Shown here: positions 34,750-44,902 of the stretch, one piece after another
Layout of the letters: the number at the start of each line of letters is the position of its first letter
Position numbering within the stretch: the stretch's first letter is position 1
Source: Rhodoferax sp.
GTDB lineage: Bacteria; Pseudomonadota; Gammaproteobacteria; Burkholderiales; Burkholderiaceae_C
Assembly (NCBI GenBank): GCA_031430225.1
Contig: JANPAZ010000052.1
Location: 1 to 54,479 of the forward strand
Direction: 5' to 3'
Length of the DNA stretch: 54,479 bases
Translations under genes and position numbers: made by a program
The notes under the pieces: generated by a model
Seen by the model: the letters and a program-made list of their open reading frames with translations, nothing else
Told to the model about the DNA's origin: nothing
The model's database searches: none

Positions 34750-35268
34750 TTATTCCAGCCACTTTTGCATAAAGCGCGCCTGTCCCATGGCAGGGTCCAG
34801 CTGATAGCCGGCAAAGCCCAGTCTTTCATACAGGCGCACGGCAGACGCATTGCCGTGTAAAACTTCAAGCGTCATCTTGCAGGCACCGCGCTCCTGTGCA
34901 ATCACTTGTGCGAGCGTCAGCATTTTTTCAGCCACGCCCTGCCCCCGATGTTCTCGCAGAACTGCCACGTCATGCACATTAATCAGTGGCAAGCAGGCAA
35001 AAGTAGAGAAACCTTCAATGCAGTTGACCAGTCCCACGGCTTTGTCGCCCAGCGCCGGATCATTCATAAAGGCAAGAACGCTGTAGGCTTGCGCACGTGC
35101 AGCCAGTGCGCCGACAAGGTTGGCCTTTGCAAAATCACTCAAGGCATGGCCACCTCCCATGGGGTCCTGCGCATAAGCGTCCAGCAAGGAGACCAACGCT
35201 GCGGCATGCACGGGATTGGCATAGTCCGCCCGACACACCGTTATTGGCGACGCCAGTGGCTGTGTCAT
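34750..35268 (-). CDS. GNAT-family N-acetyltransferase
   Basis: The 'VLREHRGQGVAEKMLTLA' acetyl-CoA binding motif (R/Q-x-x-G-x-G/A) is present. Confidence 0.8.
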   Translation of the reverse strand: MTQPLASPITVCRADYANPVHAAALVSLLDAYAQDPMGGGHALSDFAKANLVGALAARAQAYSVLAFMNDPALGDKAVGLVNCIEGFSTFACLPLINVHDVAVLREHRGQGVAEKMLTLAQVIAQERGACKMTLEVLHGNASAVRLYERLGFAGYQLDPAMGQARFMQKWLE

Positions 35269-35281
35269 GGCAGCGGGCCCG

Positions 35282-36640
35282 TCAAACCGTCAGACAATCT
35301 GCGATGCGCTGTGCACAGGCACGCGCCTGTTCTGCATCGCGGGCTTCCACCATCACACGCACGAGAGGCTCGGTACCGCTGGCGCGAATCAGGACACGGC
35401 CTGAGTCGGCCAATTCGGCTTCGACCACTTTTGTTTCAGACTCAAGTCTGGTGTTGGCTTTCCAGTCCTGGCCGGGCCGCAGGCGCACATTGATGAGGAT
35501 TTGCGGAAACAGCGTGACATCGGCCAGTAGCTCTGCCAGCGTCTGGCCACTGCGAATACACGCCTGCAGTACTTGCAACGCAGACACCAAGCCGTCGCCG
35601 GTGGTGTGCTTGTCCAGGGCCAGCAAATGGCCCGAGCCCTCGCCCCCCAGCAGCCAGCCGCGCCGCTCAAGCTCTTCAAGCACATAGCGGTCGCCCACCT
35701 TGGCGCGAACCAGCTCGACGCCCTTGGCTTTCAGTGCCAGTTCCACCGCCATGTTGGTCATCAGTGTGCCAACCACGCCGGGAACGGCGTCGCTGACGCG
35801 CTTGGCCGGGATTTTGCCGCCACGGGAGAGGCGTTCTTTGACCATCAAATACAAGATCTCGTCACCGTTGAACAAGCGGCCATGGGCGTCAACCACCTGC
35901 AAGCGATCCGCGTCGCCATCCAGCGCAATACCGTAGTGGGCGCCGTGCTCCTTCACGGCCGCCACGAGCGCTTGCGGATGCGTCGCACCGACCTCATGAT
36001 TGATGTTGAGGCCATCTGGCGTACAACCTATCGCAATCACTTCCGCACCCAGCTCATGAAAAACCTTGGGGGCGACCTGGTAGGCCGCGCCATGTGCCCC
36101 ATCCACGACAATCTTCATGCCCCTGAGGGTCAGGTCATTGGCGAAGGTGCTTTTGCAAAACTCAATGTAGCGACCCGGGGCATCGTCCAGACGGCGGGTT
36201 CTGCCCAATGTGGCTGAGTCGGCCCAGACCGGCGCGTTTTCAAGCCCGGCTTCGACCTCGATCTCCCATGCGTCGGGCAACTTGGTGCCTTGGGCGCTGA
36301 AAAACTTGATGCCGTTGTCTTCAAACGGGTTGTGACTTGCGCTGATGACGACACCCAGCGAAGCACGTTGCGCCCGGGTGAGGTAAGCCACACCTGGCGT
36401 GGGCAAGGGGCCAAGCAGCACCACATCCACACCCGCAGAATTGAAGCCACTCTCCAGCGCGCTCTCAAGCATGTAGCCCGAAATACGCGTGTCTTTGCCG
36501 ATCAGCACCACCGGGCGCGATTCCGTTTGCTTGAGAACGTGGCCCACCGCGTGCGCCAGACGCAACACAAAGTCCGGGGTAATCGGCCCCTGGCCCACTG
36601 TGCCGCGAATACCGTCTGTTCCAAAATATTTTCTTGTCAT
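35282..36640 (-). CDS. glmM: Phosphoglucosamine mutase
   Basis: 'YFGTDGIRG' N-terminus, the phosphoserine loop '[16 protein letters not shown]', 'ALDGDADR' and 'GGEGSGH'. Confidence 0.95.
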   Translation of the reverse strand: MTRKYFGTDGIRGTVGQGPITPDFVLRLAHAVGHVLKQTESRPVVLIGKDTRISGYMLESALESGFNSAGVDVVLLGPLPTPGVAYLTRAQRASLGVVISASHNPFEDNGIKFFSAQGTKLPDAWEIEVEAGLENAPVWADSATLGRTRRLDDAPGRYIEFCKSTFANDLTLRGMKIVVDGAHGAAYQVAPKVFHELGAEVIAIGCTPDGLNINHEVGATHPQALVAAVKEHGAHYGIALDGDADRLQVVDAHGRLFNGDEILYLMVKERLSRGGKIPAKRVSDAVPGVVGTLMTNMAVELALKAKGVELVRAKVGDRYVLEELERRGWLLGGEGSGHLLALDKHTTGDGLVSALQVLQACIRSGQTLAELLADVTLFPQILINVRLRPGQDWKANTRLESETKVVEAELADSGRVLIRASGTEPLVRVMVEARDAEQARACAQRIADCLTV

Positions 36641-36681
36641 CTAGATCCCTTTGCCCACGTATTATCTGATTTCTTAGCTAC

Positions 36682-37557
36682 TTATTTTATAGCATTCAAC
36701 ACCTTGAGTGCCTGCACGGTTTCTCGTACATCGTGCACACGGACGATACTGGCCCCGCGCTCAACGGCCAGCAAGGCGGCGGCCACACTCGGCACCAGGC
36801 GATCGCGGACATCCAGCGTGGCAATTGTCGCCAGCGAGGCACTGGTGGCGCCTGCCAGCGACGATTTTCTGGACCAGCCCACCAGCAGGGGGTAGCCGGC
36901 CGTCAGCAGTTCACTTTGTCGACCCAGCAACTCAAAGTTCTGCCTGAGTGTCTTTCCAAAGCCAATGCCAGGGTCCAGCACAATACGTGACTTGTCCAGG
37001 CCCTCGCCCTGCAACTGCCTGGCAATTTGTTCCCAAAAATGGAGCACTTGCACGATGACATCACCCTCCATGGGCGTGGCCTGCATGGTTTGAGGATCAC
37101 GGTGCATATGCATCACGCAAACACCGCAACTTGGGTGGCTGCCCACAATTTGGACGCCCTGCGGCAAGGCATCGGCGTCATCACCCTCATCGCGCCATTG
37201 CAAAGCCCGAATGTCATTGATGATGTCGGCACCCAGGTCAAGCACAGCGCGCATGACTTCAGGTTTGTAGGTGTCTACAGAAATGGGTACACCGAGTTTG
37301 ACGGCCTCCGCAACGACCGGTGTCACGCGCGCAAGCTCATCTTCCAGCGGCAAAGGCAATGCGCCTGGTCGAGACGACTCACCCCCAATGTCGAGAATGT
37401 CAGCGCCCGCCTTAAGCAACATGTCGCAATGTCGCAGGGCGGCGGACGTCGAGGCGTGCTGGCCGCCATCAGAAAATGAATCCGGGGTGACGTTGACGAT
37501 GCCCATGACTTTGGGGCTGTCCAGATCAATCAAGAAACGAGTGGTTTGCCAGTTCAT
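36682..37557 (-). CDS. folP: Dihydropteroate synthase
   Basis: 'VMGIVNVTPDSFSDGG', 'DILDIGGESSRPG' and 'DPGIGFGKT' are present. Confidence 0.95.
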   Translation of the reverse strand: MNWQTTRFLIDLDSPKVMGIVNVTPDSFSDGGQHASTSAALRHCDMLLKAGADILDIGGESSRPGALPLPLEDELARVTPVVAEAVKLGVPISVDTYKPEVMRAVLDLGADIINDIRALQWRDEGDDADALPQGVQIVGSHPSCGVCVMHMHRDPQTMQATPMEGDVIVQVLHFWEQIARQLQGEGLDKSRIVLDPGIGFGKTLRQNFELLGRQSELLTAGYPLLVGWSRKSSLAGATSASLATIATLDVRDRLVPSVAAALLAVERGASIVRVHDVRETVQALKVLNAIK

Positions 37558-37618
37558 ATGTCTAATCTGTGAGCCCTGCGGTCGACTCCAAATGAAGAGT
37601 TATCCCACATCTGAACGG

Positions 37619-37643
37619 GAAATGGGGCACAAGGCCCCATTTC
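37619..37643 (-). terminator. Perfect 10-bp hairpin between ftsH and folP (possible attenuator or processing site)
   Basis: GAAATGGGGC-ACAAG-GCCCCATTTC, about 19 nt past the ftsH stop. There is no U-run after the stem, so it is not a canonical terminator. Confidence 0.3.
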
Positions 37644-37661
37644 AGTTGACTATTCACGTTT

Positions 37662-39578
37662 TCAGGCCGCTGTCGGCGCTGGGTCGGGTGCCACGACGGG
37701 CGGCCCACCCGAGGCGCCGCCGCCTGACGATGGCGTGCGGGGCGCCCAATCCTTGGGCGGACGAGGCTCCTTGCCGGCCATGATATCGTCGATCTGATCG
37801 GTATCGATGGTTTCCCATTCCAATAGCGCTTTGGCCATGGCGTGCATTTTGTCGCTGTTGTCTTCAATGAGCTTGCGCGCCAATGCATACTGCTGGTCGA
37901 TGATGCGTCGCACTTCACCGTCGACCTTTTGCATGGTTTGCTCGCTCATGTTGGTCGTCTTTGTGACCGAGCGGCCCAGAAAAACTTCCCCTTCATTTTC
38001 AGCGTACACCATGGGTCCCAGGGCATCGGTCATGCCGTAGCGTGTGACCATGTCGCGGGCGATTTGCGTGGCGCGCTCAAAGTCGTTGCTGGCGCCCGTG
38101 GTCATCTGTTTCATGAACACTTCTTCAGCGATGCGGCCACCAAACAACATGCTGATCTGGCTGAGCATGTATTCGCTGTCGTAACTGTAGCGGTCCTGGG
38201 CGGGCAGGCTCATGGTTACACCCAGCGCGCGGCCACGGGGGATCACAGTGACTTTGTGCACTGGGTCGCACTTGGGCAGCAGTTTGCCGATGAGGGCATG
38301 GCCCGACTCGTGGTAAGCGGTGTTGCGGCGCTCTTCCTCGGGCATGACCATGCTTTTGCGCTCAGGGCCCATCAGGATCTTGTCTTTGGCTTTTTCGAAG
38401 TCCACCATTTCCACCACGCGGGCACTGCGCCGCGCAGCCATTAAAGCGGCTTCATTGCACAGGTTGGCCAAGTCAGCACCCGACATGCCGGGCGTGCCGC
38501 GTGCAATCACGTTGGCGCTGACATCCTGACCCAAAGGCACCTTGCGCATGTGCACACCAAGGATCTGCTCGCGGCCACGGATGTCTGGCAGCGTCACATA
38601 AACCTGGCGGTCAAAACGGCCGGGGCGCAACAAAGCGGCATCCAGAATGTCAGGGCGATTCGTGGCAGCCACCACAATCACGCCGACATTGGTCTCAAAG
38701 CCGTCCATTTCGACCAGCATCTGGTTGAGGGTTTGTTCACGCTCGTCGTTGCCACCGCCCAGGCCTGCGCCACGCTGACGGCCTACCGCATCAATTTCGT
38801 CAATGAAAATGATACACGGGGCGTTTTTCTTGGCGTTGTCAAACATGTCGCGAACGCGGGAAGCGCCCACGCCCACGAACATTTCAACGAAATCGGAGCC
38901 TGAAATGCTGAAGAAAGGCACTTTGGCCTCACCCGCAATGGACTTGGCCAAGAGGGTTTTACCTGTGCCGGGGGGGCCAACCAGCAGCAATCCACGCGGG
39001 ATGCGGCCACCCAATTTCTGGAACTTGCTGGGGTCTTTCAGGAAGTCAACCACTTCCTTCACTTCTTCTTTGGCTTCATCGCAACCGGCCACGTCAGCAA
39101 ACGTCACCGTATTGGTATTTTCATCGAGCAGGCGCGCTTTGCTTTTGCCAAAGCTGAAGGCACCGCCTTTGCCGCCACCCTGCATTTGCCGCATGAAGTA
39201 AACCCACACGCCAATCAGCAACAACATGGGACCCCAGCTCACCAGCAGGGTCATCAGCAAAGAACCCTCTTCGCGGGCTTTCACATCAAACTTCACACCA
39301 TTCGCGATGAGGTCACCGACCAGACCGCGGTCGAGATAGGTGGCCGTGGTGCGGACTTTGCGGTCATCGGTCGTGACGGCGATGATTTCAGTGCCGCCCT
39401 GCCCCTCTTGAATAATGGCGCTTTTGATCCGCTTGCCACGGACTTCCTCCAGGAAATCTGAGTAACCCAGATTACCCGCGCCGGACGCTTGACGCGTATC
39501 GAATTGTTTAAAAACGGTGAAAAGCACAAGTGCTATCACCATCCAGACGGCAATTTTAGAAAACCACTGATTGTTCAA
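37662..39578 (-). CDS. ftsH: ATP-dependent zinc metalloprotease FtsH
   Basis: Walker A 'GPPGTGKT', Walker B 'IIFIDEIDA', the SRH region and the zinc motif 'HESGHAL'. Confidence 0.97.
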   Translation of the reverse strand: MNNQWFSKIAVWMVIALVLFTVFKQFDTRQASGAGNLGYSDFLEEVRGKRIKSAIIQEGQGGTEIIAVTTDDRKVRTTATYLDRGLVGDLIANGVKFDVKAREEGSLLMTLLVSWGPMLLLIGVWVYFMRQMQGGGKGGAFSFGKSKARLLDENTNTVTFADVAGCDEAKEEVKEVVDFLKDPSKFQKLGGRIPRGLLLVGPPGTGKTLLAKSIAGEAKVPFFSISGSDFVEMFVGVGASRVRDMFDNAKKNAPCIIFIDEIDAVGRQRGAGLGGGNDEREQTLNQMLVEMDGFETNVGVIVVAATNRPDILDAALLRPGRFDRQVYVTLPDIRGREQILGVHMRKVPLGQDVSANVIARGTPGMSGADLANLCNEAALMAARRSARVVEMVDFEKAKDKILMGPERKSMVMPEEERRNTAYHESGHALIGKLLPKCDPVHKVTVIPRGRALGVTMSLPAQDRYSYDSEYMLSQISMLFGGRIAEEVFMKQMTTGASNDFERATQIARDMVTRYGMTDALGPMVYAENEGEVFLGRSVTKTTNMSEQTMQKVDGEVRRIIDQQYALARKLIEDNSDKMHAMAKALLEWETIDTDQIDDIMAGKEPRPPKDWAPRTPSSGGGASGGPPVVAPDPAPTAA

Positions 39579-39749
39579 ACGGGGCTCCAGTGCGGGGCAG
39601 TAAAAGAAGACTACGGATAGTTGAGCCCCATTTTAGGCGTTTCAAGGTGTGTGCCGCGGGATTTTCAAGGTTTCAGCCACAGGGCGGACGGGGGATTTCA
39701 GGTGATATGTGGCAATTCACCCATTTGTAACAATTGTCCTGAGGTGCCT

Positions 39750-40451
39750 TCAGGCCGCTTTAGCCGGTGCTTTGAGCCCCAATCCGACCAGAAACGTCTC
39801 GGACGACTTGTCGCGCGACGCCTTGGGTTTGACTGGTTTCACAACCAAAAAACTGGCTTTGAACATTTTCACCAGTTCGTTGTAGCCGCTGCCATGAAAC
39901 ACCTTGGCGACCAAGGCACCCTGAGGCTTCATGTGTGATTTGGTGAAATCAATGGCCAGTTCAATGAGATGCTCCACCCGGGCTGCGTCGGCAGAATCAA
40001 TGCCAGACAGATTGGGTGCCATGTCCGACACAACAATGTCTGCGAGTCGACCAGCCATGGCACCGCTCAACCGGTCCAGCACGTCTTGCTCGCGGATATC
40101 GCCCAACAAAAATGTCACGCCCTCCACCGGATCCATGGGAAGAATGTCCAGTGCAATGATGGTGCCATTGAGTTCCCCTGGCTTGGTTTGCATCTTGCGC
40201 CGCAGATACTGACTCCAGGCACCGGGTGTCGAACCCAGGTCTACGACCAATTGGCCCGGTTTGATCAGCTTGAAGGTTTCGTCAATTTCCTTGAGTTTGT
40301 AGGCGGCGCGGGCCCGATACCCTTCGTGCTTGGCCAGTTTCACATAGGGGTCGTTAACGTGGTCGTTGATCCAGGCCCGGTTGACCTTGCTGCCCTTGGT
40401 TTTGGGCTGTCCCTTGACCTGCTCTTTTGCGTTTGTGTCGGTGTTTGCCAT
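39750..40451 (-). CDS. rlmE: 23S rRNA (uridine2552-2'-O)-methyltransferase
   Basis: Collinear with E. coli RlmE ('[10 protein letters not shown]', '[14 protein letters not shown]', '[11 protein letters not shown]', 'LVAKVFHG'). ATG 40451 was chosen over the longer ORF. Confidence 0.9.
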   Translation of the reverse strand: MANTDTNAKEQVKGQPKTKGSKVNRAWINDHVNDPYVKLAKHEGYRARAAYKLKEIDETFKLIKPGQLVVDLGSTPGAWSQYLRRKMQTKPGELNGTIIALDILPMDPVEGVTFLLGDIREQDVLDRLSGAMAGRLADIVVSDMAPNLSGIDSADAARVEHLIELAIDFTKSHMKPQGALVAKVFHGSGYNELVKMFKASFLVVKPVKPKASRDKSSETFLVGLGLKAPAKAA

Positions 40452-40470
40452 CGTCACCGATAATACAGGT

Positions 40471-40947
40471 ATGCCCCTTATACAACTGACCCCAGCCCAG
40501 CGCAAAGAGCATCGCGCTGAAGCCCATCACCTTGACCCTGTTGTCATGGTGGGTGGCGACGGCCTCACTGAAGCCGTAAAAAAAGAAACACATCTGGCGC
40601 TGAACGCCCATGGGCTCATCAAAGTGCGCGTTTTTTCAGACGACCGCGCCGCCCGAGAAACCATGTTTCAAGCGCTCGCCAACGAACTGGACGCCGCCCC
40701 CATACAGCACATCGGCAAATTGCTGGTGCTGTGGCGCCCCAAACCAGAAAAAGAGCGTGCCGCACCGGATGAAGACCGCATGCCGGGGCCGCGCGATTTC
40801 AAGGTGTTGAAATACAGCAAACGCGGTGGTCAGCGGCCAGAGGTGAAAACCTTGCGGGTGCTGGGCAACCAGCGCCTGACGCAGGGCGGTGAAGTCAAAC
40901 GCGCCAAGCCCAAACAAACCAGCATCAAAAAACGCAGCCAGACTTGA
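40471..40947 (+). CDS. yhbY: YhbY/CRS1-type RNA-binding protein (ribosome assembly)
   Basis: The CRM domain '[49 protein letters not shown]' is present. A basic C-terminal tail follows. Confidence 0.85.
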   Translation: MPLIQLTPAQRKEHRAEAHHLDPVVMVGGDGLTEAVKKETHLALNAHGLIKVRVFSDDRAARETMFQALANELDAAPIQHIGKLLVLWRPKPEKERAAPDEDRMPGPRDFKVLKYSKRGGQRPEVKTLRVLGNQRLTQGGEVKRAKPKQTSIKKRSQT

Positions 40948-40965
40948 TCTCCGGTCCCGAGGGCT

Positions 40966-41376
40966 TCACAGCTTTCGGGCTGTGAGTTTCCAGAGCGTCG
41001 CGCTGGCACACAGCCATTGCAGAAGGTACATCGCACTGCCAACGCCGTGCCAAAGCTTCAGGTTCTCGCGAGCGATGATTCTTGGCGCCACCGCAAACTC
41101 AACCAGAAAAGCCAGCAACAGCCCACCTGCTATAAAAATAATAGCTGAGTCTGCACTGTCTTTGTGGGCCATTTGCTCTTTTTGCCGTGAACTCATGAGC
41201 AAAAGAAGGCCACAGGCGCCTGAAAGCCAGGTTTGTGCCGTGAATAGCCTGGCCGCCATGCCCCCTGCCATGGCGGGTGTTGGCAGGTGAGCGAAAAGCA
41301 ATGGCACCACCAGAAAACCAAGGCTGGTCAAACTGCCCCACCAAAGGGCGGCCACCCAGAGCGAAAGCCGTGGCAT
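40966..41376 (-). CDS. DUF4149-like membrane protein
   Basis: Four hydrophobic segments. 'LWWGSLTSLGFLVVPLLFAHL...AGGMAARLFTAQ' resembles DUF4149 proteins, which are commonly found next to greA in betaproteobacteria (from memory). Confidence 0.65.
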   Translation of the reverse strand: MPRLSLWVAALWWGSLTSLGFLVVPLLFAHLPTPAMAGGMAARLFTAQTWLSGACGLLLLMSSRQKEQMAHKDSADSAIIFIAGGLLLAFLVEFAVAPRIIARENLKLWHGVGSAMYLLQWLCASATLWKLTARKL

Positions 41377-41383
41377 CAGGTAT

Positions 41384-41860
41384 TCAAACGTAGCTTACTG
41401 CGATCACTTCATAGTGCCGGATACCGCCAGGGGCCTGCACTTCGGCCGTATCGCCTTCTGACCGTCCAATCAGGGCTCGGGCAATTGGAGAACCAATATT
41501 GATCAGGCCCAGTTTCAGGTCTGCTTCATCCTCACCCACGATCTGGTAAGTCACTTTTTTGCCCGAATCTTCGTCTTCCAGTTCCACCGTCGACCCAAAC
41601 ACCACTTTGCCGCCGGCATTCAGTTCGCTGGGGTCAATGATCTGGCAGACCGACAACTTGCCTTCTATCTCCTGAATGCGGCCTTCAATGAAGCCCTGCC
41701 GGTCTTTGGCCGCTTCGTACTCGGCGTTTTCACTCAGGTCGCCTTGCGCGCGGGCCTCCGCAATGGCACCAATCACCCAGGGGCGTTCAACGGTCTTGAG
41801 CTTGTGCAACTCGGCTTTGAGTTTTTCAGCACCGCGCTTGGTAATGGGAATGGTGGCCAT
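41384..41860 (-). CDS. greA: Transcription elongation factor GreA
   Basis: Full-length similarity to E. coli GreA ('[15 protein letters not shown]', '[23 protein letters not shown]', '[13 protein letters not shown]'). Confidence 0.95.
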   Translation of the reverse strand: MATIPITKRGAEKLKAELHKLKTVERPWVIGAIAEARAQGDLSENAEYEAAKDRQGFIEGRIQEIEGKLSVCQIIDPSELNAGGKVVFGSTVELEDEDSGKKVTYQIVGEDEADLKLGLINIGSPIARALIGRSEGDTAEVQAPGGIRHYEVIAVSYV

Positions 41861-41884
41861 AAGGAAAAGAGAGATTCGGACTTC

Positions 41885-41928
41885 TAAAATAGTGGGGACA
41901 GAGCAGCGCTTGGCGCCGGTCTGTCCCC
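41885..41928 (-). terminator. GC-rich hairpin plus U-tract: opp-operon terminator and/or greA leader attenuator
   Basis: On the minus strand, GGGGACAG(ACC)GGCGC-CAA-GCGCU(GCU)CUGUCCCC is followed by ACUAUUUUAG. It lies about 25 nt upstream of the greA ATG. Confidence 0.5.
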
Positions 41929-41940
41929 GGGGAAGTGTGG

Positions 41941-41968
41941 ATTATGCCAAGAGTTGCACACGGTTCAA
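41941..41968 (-). promoter_or_regulatory. Candidate sigma70 promoter for greA
   Basis: On the minus strand: TTGAAC (-35, 41968-41963), a 16-nt spacer, then CATAAT (-10, 41946-41941). It sits just after the oppF stop and upstream of the hairpin. Confidence 0.3.
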
Positions 41969-41993
41969 AGGGGCATACCCCAACCCAATGGGC

Positions 41994-42977
41994 TCAGGCC
42001 AGTAAACAGGCCACTTGCGTTTGAGGTGTCACCCGTCGGAGCAAGGGCGACTCCTGAGCGCAGCCTTCTTGCGCAATGGGGCAACGAGTTCGAAAGGTAC
42101 ACCCCGAGGGGGGATTCACCGGCGAAGGCAAGTCCCCCTGCAAAAGCTGCACCGTTTTGCTTCGTTCGATACGCGGATCAGGCACGGGAATGGCTGACAG
42201 CAGCGCCCCAGTGTAGGGGTGCCGCGGATCTGCATAGAGTGCCTGCTTGTTGGCCATTTCCACAGCTCGCCCCAGGTACATCACCATGATGCGCTGGCTG
42301 ATGTGCTTCACCACCGCAAGGTCGTGGGCAATGAAAACCAGTGCCAGACCCATTTGGGCCTGCAGGTCTTTGAGCAGGTTGATGATCTGCGCCTGGATCG
42401 ACACATCCAGGGCCGAAACGGGTTCATCGCATATCACAAGCTTGGGTTCCAGAACCAGCGCCCGCGCAATGCCAATGCGTTGGCACTGCCCACCCGAGAA
42501 CTCATGCGGATATCGATTGAATTGTTGCCCGGTCAAGCCCACGCGTGCCATCATGGCGCGAACCTTTTCCATTTTCTCCGCTTGCCGCATGGCCGGGAAA
42601 TGCGTACGAAGCGGCTCGGCGATCAGTTGGCCCACAGTCATGCGCGGATTCAGGGATGCCAGAGGGTCCTGAAAGATCATCTGCACGTTTTTGCGAACCT
42701 GCTGCCAGGCTACTTTGTCCTGGCTCTGCAAGGCAATTCCTTGAAATGTGATCGTGCCCGACGTGGCCGGGATGAGATTTAACAGCGCCCGTGCCAATGT
42801 CGATTTCCCGCAACCCGACTCGCCCACGATGCCCAGCGTTTCACCGGCAAAAATATCCAGCGACACGCCATCGACCGCCTTGAGAACGCGTGGTGCGGCC
42901 CAGGGCCAAGGTGAATCACCTTGAAGCTTGAAGTGAACCTTCAGGTCGCTGACCGACATGAGCGGTGCCGCGTTCAT
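41994..42977 (-). CDS. oppF: Oligopeptide/dipeptide ABC transporter ATP-binding protein (OppF/DppF type)
   Basis: Walker A 'GESGCGKST', signature 'FSGGQCQR', Walker B 'LVICDEP' and the C-terminal oligopeptide-type extension. ATG 42977 overlaps the oppD stop (ATGA). Confidence 0.85.
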   Translation of the reverse strand: MNAAPLMSVSDLKVHFKLQGDSPWPWAAPRVLKAVDGVSLDIFAGETLGIVGESGCGKSTLARALLNLIPATSGTITFQGIALQSQDKVAWQQVRKNVQMIFQDPLASLNPRMTVGQLIAEPLRTHFPAMRQAEKMEKVRAMMARVGLTGQQFNRYPHEFSGGQCQRIGIARALVLEPKLVICDEPVSALDVSIQAQIINLLKDLQAQMGLALVFIAHDLAVVKHISQRIMVMYLGRAVEMANKQALYADPRHPYTGALLSAIPVPDPRIERSKTVQLLQGDLPSPVNPPSGCTFRTRCPIAQEGCAQESPLLRRVTPQTQVACLLA

Positions 42978-43972
42978 AGGGCTACCACCGCAAGGCCCCG
43001 GGACACTTCGTCCGGGCTGAGGTGACATGCGCGCAAGACGTCTGGCTGCGCAAAAACGGGAAGCAAGGCCGGCCTGACCGTCTTACATTGAGGCTGCGCC
43101 ACCGTGCATCGCTCACTGAAGGGACACCCCGCCGGCAAGCGGGCCATGTTGGGAGGGGCACCAGGAATGGCCACCAGGGCACGGTCTCCATCGTCCAGGC
43201 GGGGAACTGCTCCCAATAACCCGACTGTATAGGGATGGGTCGGCTGATAAAAAATGGCCTCAGCGCTGCCCTGCTCCATCACACGCCCGCCGTACAGCAC
43301 CATCACGTTGTCGCACAAACCTGCCACCACACCAAGATCGTGGCTGATCATCACAATGGCGGTGCCGTGGTCGCGCTGCAACTCGCGCAAGAGCGTAATG
43401 ATTTGCGCCTGCACCGTGACGTCCAGCGCAGTCGTGGGCTCATCGGCAATCAAGATATCAGGCTCGCACAGCAATGCCATGGCAATCATCACACGCTGGC
43501 GCATACCGCCAGAAAATTCATGGGGGTACATGTTGATGCGTCGCGCTGCCTCGGGTATCTTGACGGCATCCAGCGCCTTGATCGCACCCTCACGCGCTTG
43601 TCGGCGAGTCATGCCTTTGTGAAACTCGAGCACCTCGGTCATCTGCCGTTCAACCGTCAGATACGGATTCAGCGACGTCATAGGGTCCTGAAAAATCATG
43701 GCGATGCGATTGCCACGAATCTGGTTGAGCTGACTGGGCGGAAGGCTCAGAAGATCTTGCCCGTTAAATTTTGCTTCGCCACTGGACTGCCCGTTGCTGG
43801 CCAGAAGTCCCATCATCGCCAAAACCGCCTGACTTTTGCCCGAGCCGCTCTCGCCCACAATGCCCAGGGTCTGGCCCCGTTCCAGACTGAAACTGACGCC
43901 GTTGACCGCAGTTACCAGTCCATCGGGGGTATGAAACTGCACACCCAGGTTATTGACTTCAATCAGCGACAT
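42974..43972 (-). CDS. oppD: Oligopeptide/dipeptide ABC transporter ATP-binding protein (OppD/DppD type)
   Basis: Walker A 'GESGSGKSQ', signature 'FSGGMRQR' and Walker B 'ILIADEPTTALD'. Confidence 0.85.
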   Translation of the reverse strand: MSLIEVNNLGVQFHTPDGLVTAVNGVSFSLERGQTLGIVGESGSGKSQAVLAMMGLLASNGQSSGEAKFNGQDLLSLPPSQLNQIRGNRIAMIFQDPMTSLNPYLTVERQMTEVLEFHKGMTRRQAREGAIKALDAVKIPEAARRINMYPHEFSGGMRQRVMIAMALLCEPDILIADEPTTALDVTVQAQIITLLRELQRDHGTAIVMISHDLGVVAGLCDNVMVLYGGRVMEQGSAEAIFYQPTHPYTVGLLGAVPRLDDGDRALVAIPGAPPNMARLPAGCPFSERCTVAQPQCKTVRPALLPVFAQPDVLRACHLSPDEVSRGLAVVAL

Positions 43973-43977
43973 GGCGC

Positions 43978-44895
43978 TTACCGGTCTTTGGGGTCGAGCG
44001 CATCTCGCATGCCGTCCCCAATGAAATTAAAACAATACAAGGTGACAGAGAGCAAGGCCCCCGGGAATAGCAGAATCCATGGCGAGACCTCCATCACCTT
44101 GGTGCCATCCTCAATCAACACGCCCCAACTTGTCATGGGCTCCTGAATGCCCAACCCGAGAAACGACAAGACCGATTCGGTCAAAATCACGCCCGGCACC
44201 GTGATGGTGGTGTAAATCATCACAATTCCCAGCAGATTGGGCACGATGTGCGCAAAAATAATGCGGCTGGTTGATACGCCCATGGCACGGGCCGCCTCAA
44301 CGTACTCCATTGACCGCAACGACAGGGTTTGCCCGCGCACCACCCGCGCCATGTCCATCCAGGAAAACACAGTGATGGTCAGCACCACCAGATAGAACTC
44401 ACGCCCCAAAATGGTGACCATCAAAATCGCGATCAGAAGGTACGGTATGGCATACATCATGTCCACGATGCGCATCATGATGGCGTCCACCTTGCCGCCC
44501 AGAAACCCGGCTGTCGCTCCCCAAACGATGCCAATAGACACCGAAGCCAATGTTCCCAGCAGTCCCACGGCGAGTGAAATACGCCCCCCAATCAGGCAGC
44601 GCACCAGCAAGTCGCGACCGGCATCGTCAGTCCCCCAGAAGTGGCCATTCTTTGCAGTCGGCGGATGATTCATCAAATCCCAGTCTGCGCTGTCAAATGC
44701 ATGAGGCAAAACCCACGGGCCAACCACGCACGCTGTGGCAATCAGCACCAGCATCACCAGACTCACAACCGCTGCGCGGTTGCGCATAAATCTCAACCGG
44801 GCGTCCGCCCACAGACTACGCCCGGTCAGTGCATCGGCACCCACAACGTCCGTCAGCGCGACCACCAGGGCATCGTTTTTTTTGGGTAGAAACAT
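43978..44895 (-). CDS. oppC: Oligopeptide ABC transporter permease (OppC type)
   Basis: The BPD-transporter EAA-region 'MEYVEAARAMGVSTSRIIFAHIVPN' is present. ATG 44895 lies 7 nt after the oppB stop. Confidence 0.85.
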   Translation of the reverse strand: MFLPKKNDALVVALTDVVGADALTGRSLWADARLRFMRNRAAVVSLVMLVLIATACVVGPWVLPHAFDSADWDLMNHPPTAKNGHFWGTDDAGRDLLVRCLIGGRISLAVGLLGTLASVSIGIVWGATAGFLGGKVDAIMMRIVDMMYAIPYLLIAILMVTILGREFYLVVLTITVFSWMDMARVVRGQTLSLRSMEYVEAARAMGVSTSRIIFAHIVPNLLGIVMIYTTITVPGVILTESVLSFLGLGIQEPMTSWGVLIEDGTKVMEVSPWILLFPGALLSVTLYCFNFIGDGMRDALDPKDR

Positions 44896-44902
44896 GGCGT
44901 GG

